A stretch of DNA of 34,321 nt, taken from positions 1 to 34,321 of the forward strand of contig JBMOMY010000036.1 of assembly GCA_049323975.1 (NCBI GenBank), given 5' to 3'. Each line of letters begins with the position of its first letter. The stretch's first letter is position 1. The translations under genes were made by a program, and so were the position numbers. The notes beneath the pieces were generated by a model. That model had not been told where the DNA came from. It saw only the letters and a program-made list of their open reading frames with translations, and searched no databases. Below are positions 17,894 through 26,716 of the stretch, in pieces. The stretch is from Pseudomonadota bacterium. Lineage in GTDB: Bacteria > Pseudomonadota > Alphaproteobacteria > UBA11222.

Positions 17894-18505
17894 TCAATCA
17901 ATACGATAGGCAATGGGTTTAAAGCGGCCATTGTTGGAAAGCTCCGCCGAGCAGGCGGTGAGGCCCACCACCAAATCCATATGGGCCTGGATGGTCAACG
18001 TATTACCGGCCGCGCTTTTCGGCGGCAAAACGGAGATCCTTCCGGTTTCGCCGTCTAGCGCGACATTCATGAAAACGTTAAACGTTGTGGGAATATTATC
18101 GCTTTCAACGCCATATGGCTTAAGCGCCTGGCGCAGATTGCCGAGACAGCCGTGATGCGGGTCGGTGTGGCCGTATATAATGCGAAACGTATCTTTGCTG
18201 CAGGGAGTCAGCAGAAAATCATGCCTTCCCACATCATCGTGTATGATGCTGAACATGACATTGCTGCGATTGGAAAAAAAACGGTTGCCTGTTGTCAGAA
18301 ATAGCGTCTCCTCATAATCGAACGTGCGGCCTGACGAAAGGTATTCGGCAATATCCCTGGCGTTATAGCAAACCAGATCGGCGACCTGCTCACCCTTAAC
18401 ATCCATAATGGTCAGCCGTTGTCCTTTGGAGAGACAAAAGGCGGCGCCGCTACGGGGTGGTATTAAAGCATAGTCGTTTTCTGATTTCTGGGTCGAAAAG
18501 GGCAT
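17894..18505 (-). CDS. DUF1989 / urea carboxylase-associated family protein
   Basis: IPPRSGAAF, GEQVADL, LSSGRTFDY, GRHDFLLTPCS, HHGCLGNL, FNVFMNV, LTACSA. Confidence 0.88.
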   Translation of the reverse strand: MPFSTQKSENDYALIPPRSGAAFCLSKGQRLTIMDVKGEQVADLVCYNARDIAEYLSSGRTFDYEETLFLTTGNRFFSNRSNVMFSIIHDDVGRHDFLLTPCSKDTFRIIYGHTDPHHGCLGNLRQALKPYGVESDNIPTTFNVFMNVALDGETGRISVLPPKSAAGNTLTIQAHMDLVVGLTACSAELSNNGRFKPIAYRID

Positions 18506-19158
18506 CGCCAACTTTCCTTATCCACCTGTCTGCCGCTATACTGAAGGGCTTCTGACGTGTTGCCGAAATCATCGGCCATCGGGTTGCGCGTTCCTGAATA
18601 GGCTATGTCCAGGCGGCGAATTTTATCGCGCACTTTCTCATAATTGCCGGTAGCCCGGATTTTTTCGAACTGTTCATGCGGATTTAGCACCAGCATCGGC
18701 TTAGGCGACTGGCGCGCTCTCCGGCTGCTTTTGGGATGCATGCCGATGATATAAAACGCCTTCCCCATCAGGCTGAAACTGAATTGGACGGAGCCGGGGT
18801 CCGACTCTACTTTTTCATTCCAGGCAAAGGATTTACTGTCTTCATCATGCAGCGCCTGTAACAAGTTCCAGAGCAGCGTCTCGAATTGATGTTCGCAGTG
18901 AATGAAAGGCTCATCAAATTCCAGCAGGATGCTATGATATCCCTTATCCCCCTGAAAGAATTCGATCGCGTCATAGATTTGCCCCAGCACATGTTTGACA
19001 GTTTCAGACCTTAAATCCGTCATGTCGGGAGAAGAAATAACCCGCACATGGTTCTGACTGAATACTGTATGGGCCATAACGCATGGATAATGCCCGGACA
19101 AAACTCTATCAGCCATACTTGAGTGTTTCACGTTATGCATGGCCGGAATTTGGAGCAA
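18463..19158 (-). CDS. YqcI/YcgG (GntA/DcsA-like) heme-dependent guanidino N-hydroxylase family protein
   Basis: YPCVMA, FETLLWNLLQALHDED, SDP...FSFS, IIGMHPKSSRRAR, SEALQYSGR, WRCPF. Start is uncertain (TTG 19158 or ATG 19140). Confidence 0.8.
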   Translation of the reverse strand: MLQIPAMHNVKHSSMADRVLSGHYPCVMAHTVFSQNHVRVISSPDMTDLRSETVKHVLGQIYDAIEFFQGDKGYHSILLEFDEPFIHCEHQFETLLWNLLQALHDEDSKSFAWNEKVESDPGSVQFSFSLMGKAFYIIGMHPKSSRRARQSPKPMLVLNPHEQFEKIRATGNYEKVRDKIRRLDIAYSGTRNPMADDFGNTSEALQYSGRQVDKESWRCPFRPRNQKTTML

Positions 19159-19278
19159 ACTTGATAATTACTCCATACGTGTTGAGAGAATCACCATTAA
19201 GAAATTATAAAAGGGCTGACAGATATCCTTCGAAATTCAGGGAGGTGAAGTCGCAGACTTGATCAGTAGAAGGATCGT

Positions 19279-19368
19279 TTAATCCAGTCTGCCGCGCCTG
19301 GATGATAAGTCTGCATATCCTCTCGCAAGGATGTTCTGACCCTGCCGGCGTTTCTGGATATTGCTCAT
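19279..19368 (-). CDS. Putative 29 aa Arg-rich small protein MSNIQKRRQGQNILARGYADLSSRRGRLD
   Basis: ATG preceded by GGAGGAG at 7 nt spacing; co-oriented upstream of the YqcI/GntA-like gene; below the ORF-track cutoff. Confidence 0.45.
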   Translation of the reverse strand: MSNIQKRRQGQNILARGYADLSSRRGRLD

Positions 19369-19406
19369 GGTTCGTCTCCTCCATAAGATCATGAAGAGAC
19401 TGCTAA

Positions 19407-19475
19407 TCTTCCGGCGAGCCGCTGCTGTTCAAGGGTGAGGACTTCGCCAGAACCGATATTCCGTCCGTGCGGTGA
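19407..19475 (+). pseudogene. 3' remnant of a vapC PIN toxin gene; contains the right copy of the 36 bp direct repeat (19407-19442)
   Basis: Reads SGEPLLFKGEDFARTDIPSVR*, matching the GEPLLFKGxDFxxTDI C-terminal motif of a common VapC subfamily. Confidence 0.75.
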
Positions 19476-19668
19476 ACTTTCCCTTCATCACCTGCGAAGC
19501 AGATAGCCGAACTTGAAACATTACCCGCCGTGCTTGCCGCGTATCAAAGCTTCGAGAGATAAAGCCACTCGGCGCTTGGCGTACGACGCCTTTTTGGGGT
19601 TTTTCAATGGCACGACCACGCTTCTTGACTGGAGAGATGCTGAGCAACAGATGTAAATGTCATATAAT

Positions 19669-19700
19669 AAAAAAGCCCGCTGTAGACAGCGGGCTTTTTT
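19669..19700. terminator. Bidirectional intrinsic terminator downstream of tRNA-Thr
   Basis: aaaaaagcccgctg-taga-cagcgggctttttt. Confidence 0.85.
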
Positions 19701-19709
19701 AGGTAAAAA

Positions 19710-19785
19710 TGGTGCCGCCTGCGTGACTCGAACACGCGACCCCCGCATTACGAATGCGATGCTCTACCGGCTGAGCTAAGGCGGC
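19710..19785 (-). tRNA. tRNA-Thr (anticodon CGT)
   Basis: GCCGCCTTAGCTCAGCCGGTAGAGCA TCGCA TTCGTAA TGCGG GGGTC GCGTGTTCGAGTCACGC AGGCGGC ACCA; 76 nt cloverleaf with encoded CCA. Confidence 0.97.
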
Positions 19786-19824
19786 GAAGGCTGCTGGAAG
19801 CCTGATGACTGCCCCAATCCTCTA

Positions 19825-21141
19825 TCAAAGTGGCGCGCCCTGCGCAAGCAGTCCCGCCCCGGCCGTCACCCGGGGGATGGTCTCACCCCATTGCAGGGTG
19901 TCGAATTCCCCGCAGGCGGGGCAGTGCAGCGCCCAGTCTTCCGTGGGCCTGCCGCAGGCCTGGCAATGCCAGGCGGCGTCGCGCGGGGCTTGGCGCGCGC
20001 GCGCCAGCCATTCCTGCGCCTCCCGCGCGGGGGCGCCCTGGGCCTCGGATATCCGCGCCATCAGCCGGCACACCCGCGCGCAGGCCGCGCCCTGCGTCAG
20101 CGGCTGCAGCAATTCCCGCGCACGGGCGCTTTCCCCCGCCGCAAGCGAGGCTTCCGCCAGCAGCAGGCGGCTTTCCTTATGGCCCGGATTGGCGGCGGTC
20201 AGGCGCCTTATGCGCAGCAATTGTTGCGAGGGCCGCTCCCCGGGGACAAGATTCGCGAACACCGCCGCCAGATCCGGATGCGGCGCGCGCGCCCAGGCCT
20301 TTTCCAGAACCCGTTCCGCCTTGGCGGTTTTACCCGCTTTTCCCAGCAACCGCCCCAGCAGACAGGCCGCCGGAATCAGATCCGGCGCCTGTTTCAGCGC
20401 CCTGCCCGCCGCCGCCAGCGCAGGCTCATGCGCGCCGCGCGCCTCCGCCTCTCGGGCCTCGGCGAATGTCAGCAGGCCAAGCTTGCGGCTCTGTTCCGCC
20501 TTGCCCAGAAGTTTGGCCTGAACCGCCAGACTCAGGGTTTCCTGCGCCGCCAGCCATTCGCCCGCGGCGCATTCGATATCGAATTTGTTCCGGATCAGCC
20601 AGGGACTTTTCGGCTGAAGGCGCAGGCCCTCTTCCGCGAGCGTTCTGGCCTGCGCCAGATCCCCCGCCCGCATCGCCTGCCCCAGAAGGCCGCGCAACCC
20701 CAGAAAGGCGCTATCGGGCGACGCCAGCATGGCCTGGAAATACTCCCGCGCGGCGGGCTCGTCCTGTCCCAGCTGGGCGGCCTGGGCGCGCATCAGCAGG
20801 CTCAGGGGCGCCGGTCCCATCAGGCGTTCCGCCCGCGCCGCCTGGCGCGTCGCCTCGCGCGCATCGCCCGCCGCAATAGCCGTCATGCCGCTGGTAAGGG
20901 CGCTAAGGGCGCGGTTCCGCCTTCCGGCGCCGGCGGTCGCGCCGCGCAGACGGCCATAAATCCATAACGGCAGGCGGATGAGGAAATAAAGCGCCGCCAT
21001 CAGCGCCAGCAGCATGACGAAACTGCTCTCGAACCGGTAACCGCGCCAGTTCACCACCAGGCTTCCCGGATTGCCGGCCAGCCAGGCGGCCAGCGCGGCG
21101 ATTCCCGCCGCCAGCCCAAAGCAGATGAGCAGCCGCCGCAT
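19825..21141 (-). CDS. HemY-like TPR membrane protein (HemY_N family, alphaproteobacterial)
   Basis: WLAGNPGSLVVNWRGYRFE, two TM helices, TPR-like body, PHPDLA, C-terminal CxxC...CxxC; last gene of the hemC-hemD cluster. Confidence 0.88.
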   Translation of the reverse strand: MRRLLICFGLAAGIAALAAWLAGNPGSLVVNWRGYRFESSFVMLLALMAALYFLIRLPLWIYGRLRGATAGAGRRNRALSALTSGMTAIAAGDAREATRQAARAERLMGPAPLSLLMRAQAAQLGQDEPAAREYFQAMLASPDSAFLGLRGLLGQAMRAGDLAQARTLAEEGLRLQPKSPWLIRNKFDIECAAGEWLAAQETLSLAVQAKLLGKAEQSRKLGLLTFAEAREAEARGAHEPALAAAGRALKQAPDLIPAACLLGRLLGKAGKTAKAERVLEKAWARAPHPDLAAVFANLVPGERPSQQLLRIRRLTAANPGHKESRLLLAEASLAAGESARARELLQPLTQGAACARVCRLMARISEAQGAPAREAQEWLARARQAPRDAAWHCQACGRPTEDWALHCPACGEFDTLQWGETIPRVTAGAGLLAQGAPL

Positions 21142-21147
21142 GCCGCC

Positions 21148-22206
21148 CTATTCTCCCGCCCTGGGAGGATGCGGCGCGTGTTGCGTATCATCCAATTGGG
21201 TTGTCAGCCGCAGGGTAAGCTGCGCCAGCCCCTGTTCCGCCTGCAGACGGTTTTCCGCATCCATCACCCAGCCAGCCCCTTCCGGCGCCATGTTTTCGAT
21301 CTGCTTCACTTCCGCCACGGCGGCGTAGAGATCGCCTTCTTCCAGCCGGGTTTGCGCGCGCGCGGCGCGTTCCGGCACGCCGTCGCCGTCGCGCTCCCCC
21401 AGGGGGCGGACCAGGACCAGGGACTGAAGAAAAGCATAGGCCTTTCCGGCCCATCCGGTTGCGGCCTGGGCCGCATCGGCGCGCACCAGCGCCGCCGCCA
21501 CCCCATCGAATCGCGCCGTCAGTTCCGCGCGGCTGGGAACGCCCATGCTGGCCAAGGGACGCAGTTCCGCGATCACCGGATCGTCCGGCGCCAGCAGTTT
21601 GGCGAGGCTTTCCAGCTGCATCCGGAAGGGCCTGGAGTGGATGAGGGCGCGGTCCAGCTCCCGCAAGGCCAGCGCATAGGCCACACGCCTTTCCGCCTCC
21701 GAATTTCTTTCGGATTGCGCCGTTTCCAGCGCGGTCAGCCGGTCCGATAGCGCGCGGATCTCGCCATTGATCCTATCCATACTGGCGAAAATATCCAGCA
21801 GATGCTGATCCGGCTGACCGGGGGAGGCTTCCTGCGCTTCTGTGGGCGGCGGGGCTGCTTCCGGGGCTGCCGGCTTTTCGCTTAGCGCCGTTTTCAGCCG
21901 GGCGATTTCCTCCTGCATGGCCGCCATCTGGGCGCCGGACTCCGCCAGATCCTTCCGCAGCGCGTCGAGCGCCGTATCGGAGGGCGGCTGGATCGCAAGT
22001 GTAGATGCCGCCCGCGGCTGGGGAGGTTGCGGGAGAGGCGCAAGCGGGCGCAGATCGCGGAGCGCAAAAAAGGCCGCCCCGGCCCCCAGCAGGGCGGCGC
22101 CCAAAACCACCCAGCGCAGCCGCGGCCACAGCAGGGCCAGACGCTCCCGGATCGTCGCGCCGCCTTTTTCCGGCGGCGTCTGTTCAATCACTTCTGGCAA
22201 ATGCAC
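21148..22206 (-). CDS. COG4223 / mitofilin (Mic60)-like membrane protein
   Basis: N-terminal TM, coiled coil, then RPFRMQL...GVPSRAELTARF...SLVLVRP...AARAQTRLEEGDLYAAVAE...W; lies between hemD and hemY. Start is probably GTG 22206 or TTG 22200. Confidence 0.8.
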   Translation of the reverse strand: MHLPEVIEQTPPEKGGATIRERLALLWPRLRWVVLGAALLGAGAAFFALRDLRPLAPLPQPPQPRAASTLAIQPPSDTALDALRKDLAESGAQMAAMQEEIARLKTALSEKPAAPEAAPPPTEAQEASPGQPDQHLLDIFASMDRINGEIRALSDRLTALETAQSERNSEAERRVAYALALRELDRALIHSRPFRMQLESLAKLLAPDDPVIAELRPLASMGVPSRAELTARFDGVAAALVRADAAQAATGWAGKAYAFLQSLVLVRPLGERDGDGVPERAARAQTRLEEGDLYAAVAEVKQIENMAPEGAGWVMDAENRLQAEQGLAQLTLRLTTQLDDTQHAPHPPRAGE

Positions 22207-22214
22207 CCCACCTC

Positions 22215-22919
22215 TCAGGACGTCAGCAATTCGAGCATCGCCATCTGCGACGGCGCAGCGGCGACCTTGATGTGTTTCCAGGGCAGCCGGTCCGCCACCT
22301 CCGCCACCGCCTCGCTGAGGCATAGCGCCCTGATCTGGCGGCAGGCTTCCGTCAAGGCGTTTTCGATGACCAGATCGGAGAAAATCTGCGCTGAGCGGGG
22401 AGAATAGAACAGCGCCCCCTCGATGTCATGATTACGCATATGGGCGATGGTCTGCGGATCGAGACCCGTGGCGGGTTCGGATTCGTAAAGGCGCACGCGG
22501 AACACGCTGAAGCCGTCATCCTGCAGCAGATCCTTCAGCTCCCGCGCCACTACCGTGCCCGATATATGCATGAGGATTCCCTCCGCCGGCTTGAGAGCGC
22601 CCGCCACCAGTTTTGCAAGGGAGCCGACATCGCCCCCCGCCGCATGCACGCGGCGGAAACCGAGATCCCGCGCGACCGCCGCGCTCGCTTCGCCGACCGT
22701 ATAGACCGGGGTGCGGCGGTTCAGGGAAACATCCGCGAAGGCGCGCACCCCATTGGCGCTGCTGAACAGCAGGGCCTGCACCCCTTCCGTATCCAGTTGC
22801 ACATTGTCGAACGGCCGGATGCGCAGCATGGAGTCGATAGCGACGTCATGACCAAGGGCGCGCATCGTCTGCGCCAGGGTTTCGGCGTCCTCTTCCGGCC
22901 GGGTGATCAAATAGCGCAT
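22215..22919 (-). CDS. hemD: Uroporphyrinogen-III synthase
   Basis: LITRPEED, FSSANGVRA, VGEASA, FYSPRSA; follows hemC. Confidence 0.93.
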   Translation of the reverse strand: MRYLITRPEEDAETLAQTMRALGHDVAIDSMLRIRPFDNVQLDTEGVQALLFSSANGVRAFADVSLNRRTPVYTVGEASAAVARDLGFRRVHAAGGDVGSLAKLVAGALKPAEGILMHISGTVVARELKDLLQDDGFSVFRVRLYESEPATGLDPQTIAHMRNHDIEGALFYSPRSAQIFSDLVIENALTEACRQIRALCLSEAVAEVADRLPWKHIKVAAAPSQMAMLELLTS

Positions 22920-22934
22920 GGCGCCCTCCTTCCG

Positions 22935-23879
22935 TCAGACCGGTTGCGTGAAAAAACCATCCCCGCCCCGCTTTCGCAACTCCATTCCCGCATCAAAACC
23001 CATTCGCGCGGCGTCTGCAACCGCGCCGAGCCGTTCCGTCTCCAGTATCTGCGAACCATCGTGACGCAGAATTTGCCCGCGCAGGCGCATTCGCCCCTCT
23101 GGCCGCATTTCCGCAAGAGCCGCGATGGGGGTGCGGCAGGATCCGTCCAGCGCCGCCAGAAACGCGCGCTCCGCCTGCACCATATGTTCCGTCGCCGGAT
23201 GATTGAGCGGGCGCAGAAGACCGGCGGCGAAGGCGTCATTTTCCCGCATCTCCACGCCGATCGCCCCCTGGGCCGCCGCGGGCAGCATCTGCTCGTGGCC
23301 GATCACGGCGGTGGCGGCCGTCTCCCGCCCCAGACGGCGCAGCCCCGCAAGGGCCAGAATGGTTGCGTCCATTTCACCCGACGCGAGCTTGGCCAGCCGG
23401 GTCTGCACATTGCCGCGCAAGGGCACAATGACGAGATCCGGACGGTAATACTTCAGCTGGGCCTGGCGGCGAAGGGAGGAGGTTCCCACCCGCGCCCCTG
23501 GGGCGAGGCCGGCAAGGGTGGCCGCGCGATGGCTGATGAAGGCGTCGCGCGGGTCCTCGCGCGGCAACAGGCACGGAATGGATAGACCCTCCGGCAGAAG
23601 CGTGGGCATATCCTTCATGGAATGCACCGCCAGATCGATACGCCCGTCCAGCAGCGCCTCTTCGATTTCCTTGGTGAAAAGACCCTTGCCGCCGATTTCG
23701 GACAAAGGGCGGTCCAGAACCTGGTCGCCCGTGGTGCGGATGATCCTGATTTCGACAGCATCTGGAGAAAGATCCGCATGCGCCGCCAGCAGCCGGGCGC
23801 GGAATTCTTCCGTCTGCGCCAGCGCCAGTGGACTGCCCCGCGTTCCGATCCGGATGGGTTTTCGCCCCGATTCAGGCAT
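22935..23879 (-). CDS. hemC: Hydroxymethylbilane synthase (porphobilinogen deaminase)
   Basis: IGTRGSPLALAQ, GGKGLFTKE, VHSMKD, GTSSLRR, RGNV, LDGSCRTP. Confidence 0.98.
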   Translation of the reverse strand: MPESGRKPIRIGTRGSPLALAQTEEFRARLLAAHADLSPDAVEIRIIRTTGDQVLDRPLSEIGGKGLFTKEIEEALLDGRIDLAVHSMKDMPTLLPEGLSIPCLLPREDPRDAFISHRAATLAGLAPGARVGTSSLRRQAQLKYYRPDLVIVPLRGNVQTRLAKLASGEMDATILALAGLRRLGRETAATAVIGHEQMLPAAAQGAIGVEMRENDAFAAGLLRPLNHPATEHMVQAERAFLAALDGSCRTPIAALAEMRPEGRMRLRGQILRHDGSQILETERLGAVADAARMGFDAGMELRKRGGDGFFTQPV

Positions 23880-23957
23880 TTATACATGGCTCCATGAGTG
23901 AACATGGCATAATAGCCTAAACCGGCATGGCTGATACAGACTTGAAAACCCGCGAAG

Positions 23958-25055
23958 ATGATGACGCCTGAACCCCTGACCGTATTGGGAATTGAGACCA
24001 GCTGCGATGAAACCGCCGCCGCCGTCGTGCGCGCCCATGCAGATGGAAGACGCGAGGTGCTGAGCAATCTGGTGCTGAGCCAGATCGCCGAACATGCGCC
24101 CTATGGCGGCGTGGTGCCGGAAATCGCCGCCCGCGCCCATATTCTCGGTCTGGACCGGCTGATCGCCGCCGCGATCGCGGAAGCCGGCTGCGGCTGGGAG
24201 GGCGTCTCCGGGGTCGCCGCCACGGCCGGCCCCGGGCTTATCGGCGGGGTGATGGTGGGGCTGGTGACCGGCAAGGCGGTGGCCGCCGCGCGGCAAATCC
24301 CCCTTGTCGCGGTCAATCATCTCGAAGGTCATGCGCTTTCGGTACGGCTGACCGAGAAGACGGAATTTCCCTATCTGCTGCTTCTGGCTTCTGGCGGGCA
24401 TTGCCAGATTCTTGAGGTGCAGGGGGTGGGACGCTATCTTCGTCTGGGAGGGACCCTCGACGACGCGCTGGGGGAAGCGTTTGACAAGACGGCCAAACTT
24501 CTGGGGCTTGGCTATCCAGGCGGACCGGCGGTGGAACAGGCGGCGAAGGGCGGGGATGCGGCGCGTTTTCCCCTGCCCCGGCCGATGCTGGGGCGGGAGG
24601 GATGCGATTTCTCGTTTTCGGGGCTGAAAACGGCGGTGCGCCACGCCATCGCAAGGCATGGACCGATGGATGCGCAAGCGTGCGCCGACATGGCGGCGGG
24701 CTTTCAGGCCGCCTGTCTGGACATCGTGAGGGACCGCGCCGGTAACGCTCTTGCGCTGTTCACGCAACGGCATGCAACAGGCCCGCACCGCGTATTGGCG
24801 GCTGCGGGCGGGGTCGCCGCCAACCGGGCGCTGCGCGCGGCCCTGGGCCTTCTATGCGAGGAATGGAATTTCCGTCTGGTCACACCGCCTGCGCCGCTGT
24901 GCACCGACAATGCGGCGATGATCGCCTGGGCCGGGATCGAACGGCTGAGGCTGGGCCAGAGCGACCCGCTGGATACCCCCGCCCGCGCGCGCTGGCCTTT
25001 GGCTGCTGGCTCAGGGGGGATTAAGGCTATCGCCCTGAAGGACCTCTATATCTGA
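23958..25055 (+). CDS. tsaD: tRNA threonylcarbamoyltransferase subunit TsaD
   Basis: [59 protein letters not shown]. Confidence 0.98.
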   Translation: MMTPEPLTVLGIETSCDETAAAVVRAHADGRREVLSNLVLSQIAEHAPYGGVVPEIAARAHILGLDRLIAAAIAEAGCGWEGVSGVAATAGPGLIGGVMVGLVTGKAVAAARQIPLVAVNHLEGHALSVRLTEKTEFPYLLLLASGGHCQILEVQGVGRYLRLGGTLDDALGEAFDKTAKLLGLGYPGGPAVEQAAKGGDAARFPLPRPMLGREGCDFSFSGLKTAVRHAIARHGPMDAQACADMAAGFQAACLDIVRDRAGNALALFTQRHATGPHRVLAAAGGVAANRALRAALGLLCEEWNFRLVTPPAPLCTDNAAMIAWAGIERLRLGQSDPLDTPARARWPLAAGSGGIKAIALKDLYI

Positions 25056-25204
25056 TGGTTCCTGCCTGCTCCGCCGGTTAAGAAAGGCCTGAGGCGCCGG
25101 CGCACCGCGCCGCGCCCCCTGATTTCGCAAGCAACCTATTGTTGTATATATATTTTTTTCCATAAAATTCGGGATTTCTTTTTATGAGTTTATTAATATT
25201 TCCT

Positions 25205-25232
25205 TTGCAACCCCTGTACAATCTGCTAGCAT
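25205..25232 (+). promoter_or_regulatory. Candidate sigma70 promoter for the first PEP-CTERM gene
   Basis: TTGCAA-N16-TAGCAT in an AT-rich region; shares aatctgctagc with the region upstream of the second PEP-CTERM gene (26502-26512). Confidence 0.4.
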
Positions 25233-25431
25233 AGGCTCAGCGTGAAGTATGCACTTTTCAAATGAGGCTTTTCGTCTGGGGCCTGCGGGGGGTTTTAATC
25301 CCGCAAACAGGCGACGGATACTGGCGGAAGGATTTGACCTGCTCCGCCGGAAACACCCGATGAAAAACAGGTAAAACAAAAAGCGGCAAAACAAAAAGCG
25401 TAAGATCACACAAACCAAAAGGAAATGAATC

Positions 25432-26184
25432 ATGTTTAAAAATCTTATGATGGGAACCGCCACTTTGGCGTTCTCCCTGGGGATGGCAGGGGCGGCAAAC
25501 GCGCTGATTATCGATACGTTCAATGATGCGCCGCAGGCGATCAGGATGGTCGGTCCGGAAGCCCATCCGGGCGGCTCGGATCCCAGCGTCACGCTTCTGG
25601 ACAATGCTGGCGGCCTCGTGGCTGGTTCTCCTGGACCGCATGCCTCGATCATCGGCGGCTATCGCGATATCAAGACCACTCTGATCGGGTCGTCTGACGC
25701 ATTGGCTGGCACAAGTTCGAACGCCACATTTGGCGGCGGTTTGTTCCGCCACAATCAGGACTCTGGCGTCAGGTCTAATTCCTATATCACCTGGGATGGA
25801 CTGGGCGGCGCTGGCCTGGGCGGGGCGGACCTGACCGATGGCGGCAGTTCCAACAAATTCCGCCTGATCGTCGCACAGGCGGATGATGGCGTCGTCTGGA
25901 GCCTGGAATTATTTGACGGTTCGGGCGGCAACGATATTTTCACTTTCGCCAATGCCGGGGTGATCAGCTCTCCCGTCAACCTGTTTCTTTCCTTCAGCAA
26001 CTGGGCGGTTGATTTCACGGACATCACGAAGATCGTCTTTGGCGCGAATATCAACAGTACGGTTGACTTCGATACATCGGTCGATCTGATTGAAACCGTT
26101 GGCATCCCTGAACCCGCCAGCATGACCCTTCTGGGCGCCGGAATTATGGGTCTGGGCTACATGGCCCGCCGCCGCAAGGCCTGA
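25432..26184 (+). CDS. PEP-CTERM sorting domain-containing exported protein
   Basis: Signal peptide (MFKNLMMGTATLAFSLGMAGAANA), Gly/Ser/Asp-rich body, C-terminal IPEPASMTLLGAGIMGLGYMARRRKA. Confidence 0.92.
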   Translation: MFKNLMMGTATLAFSLGMAGAANALIIDTFNDAPQAIRMVGPEAHPGGSDPSVTLLDNAGGLVAGSPGPHASIIGGYRDIKTTLIGSSDALAGTSSNATFGGGLFRHNQDSGVRSNSYITWDGLGGAGLGGADLTDGGSSNKFRLIVAQADDGVVWSLELFDGSGGNDIFTFANAGVISSPVNLFLSFSNWAVDFTDITKIVFGANINSTVDFDTSVDLIETVGIPEPASMTLLGAGIMGLGYMARRRKA

Positions 26185-26243
26185 GCCCTGATCCATCACA
26201 GGCTATGAAAATGGCGGCTTTCGGGCCGCCATTTTTTATGCGC
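26107..26243 (+). repeat. 137 bp direct repeat, copy 1 (PEP-CTERM tail plus terminator)
   Basis: 134/137 identical to 27281-27417 by manual alignment. Confidence 0.92.
26208..26237 (+). terminator. Intrinsic terminator
   Basis: aaaatggcggc-tttcgg-gccgccatttt followed by tt. Confidence 0.88.
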
Positions 26244-26480
26244 TCCTTCCCGCGCTCTTGCTGCGGCCCGCCCGTTGGCGAGGATCAGGGCATCCCCATC
26301 CGTCACCGTGCAGACGCCGCCCTCCTCTGCAGGGGCGGCGCCCCTGAATAAACTCCCCGTGGAATAGGAGCTTTCTGCGCATTATGTGACAGGCGTCACA
26401 CTCACACTCCGGCCCGGCAGACTGACCTTTTTCCAAGTAGTTGAACTCGATGATTTTTATCCCTGCCCCCCAGATTAATT

Positions 26481-26496
26481 TTAACTTTTCTTTAAC
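26481..26496 (+). promoter_or_regulatory. Candidate CtrA box upstream of the CHRD/PEP-CTERM gene
   Basis: TTAA-cttttct-TTAAC matches TTAA-N7-TTAAC; followed by gctagcct, a plausible -10 element. Confidence 0.5.
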
Positions 26497-26716
26497 GATA
26501 TAATCTGCTAGCCTAAAAAACATCTGACCTGGGCGTTTCGCTTAGGGCTTATTATCAGAGTGAACGGGGGAAAACCTTCGTTAAAGATAGGATTGAGGCG
26601 ATAGGCGATGGTCAGCTTCTTGGATGTGGGAAGCGGCAATCGGGTAACAGAGTTAATACGCATTCCAGAAATACACCGTTGTTCGAAATAAACTGATTGA
26701 ACAAAAGGAGTTGGAC

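Noticed and set aside
19160-19400. Guanidine riboswitch upstream of the GntA-like/DUF1989 genes
   Set aside because: I could not see ykkC or mini-ykkC (paired ACGR-loop hairpin) features by eye; an Rfam scan would be needed to exclude it.
19429-19748. Short - strand ORFs next to the tRNA as integrase remnants
   Set aside because: No recombinase motifs; one overlaps the tRNA and terminator.
22207-22323. N-terminal extension of the COG4223 ORF (MPQRGGGGGG...)
   Set aside because: Overlaps hemD out of frame; a start after the hemD stop with a GAGGT RBS is more plausible.
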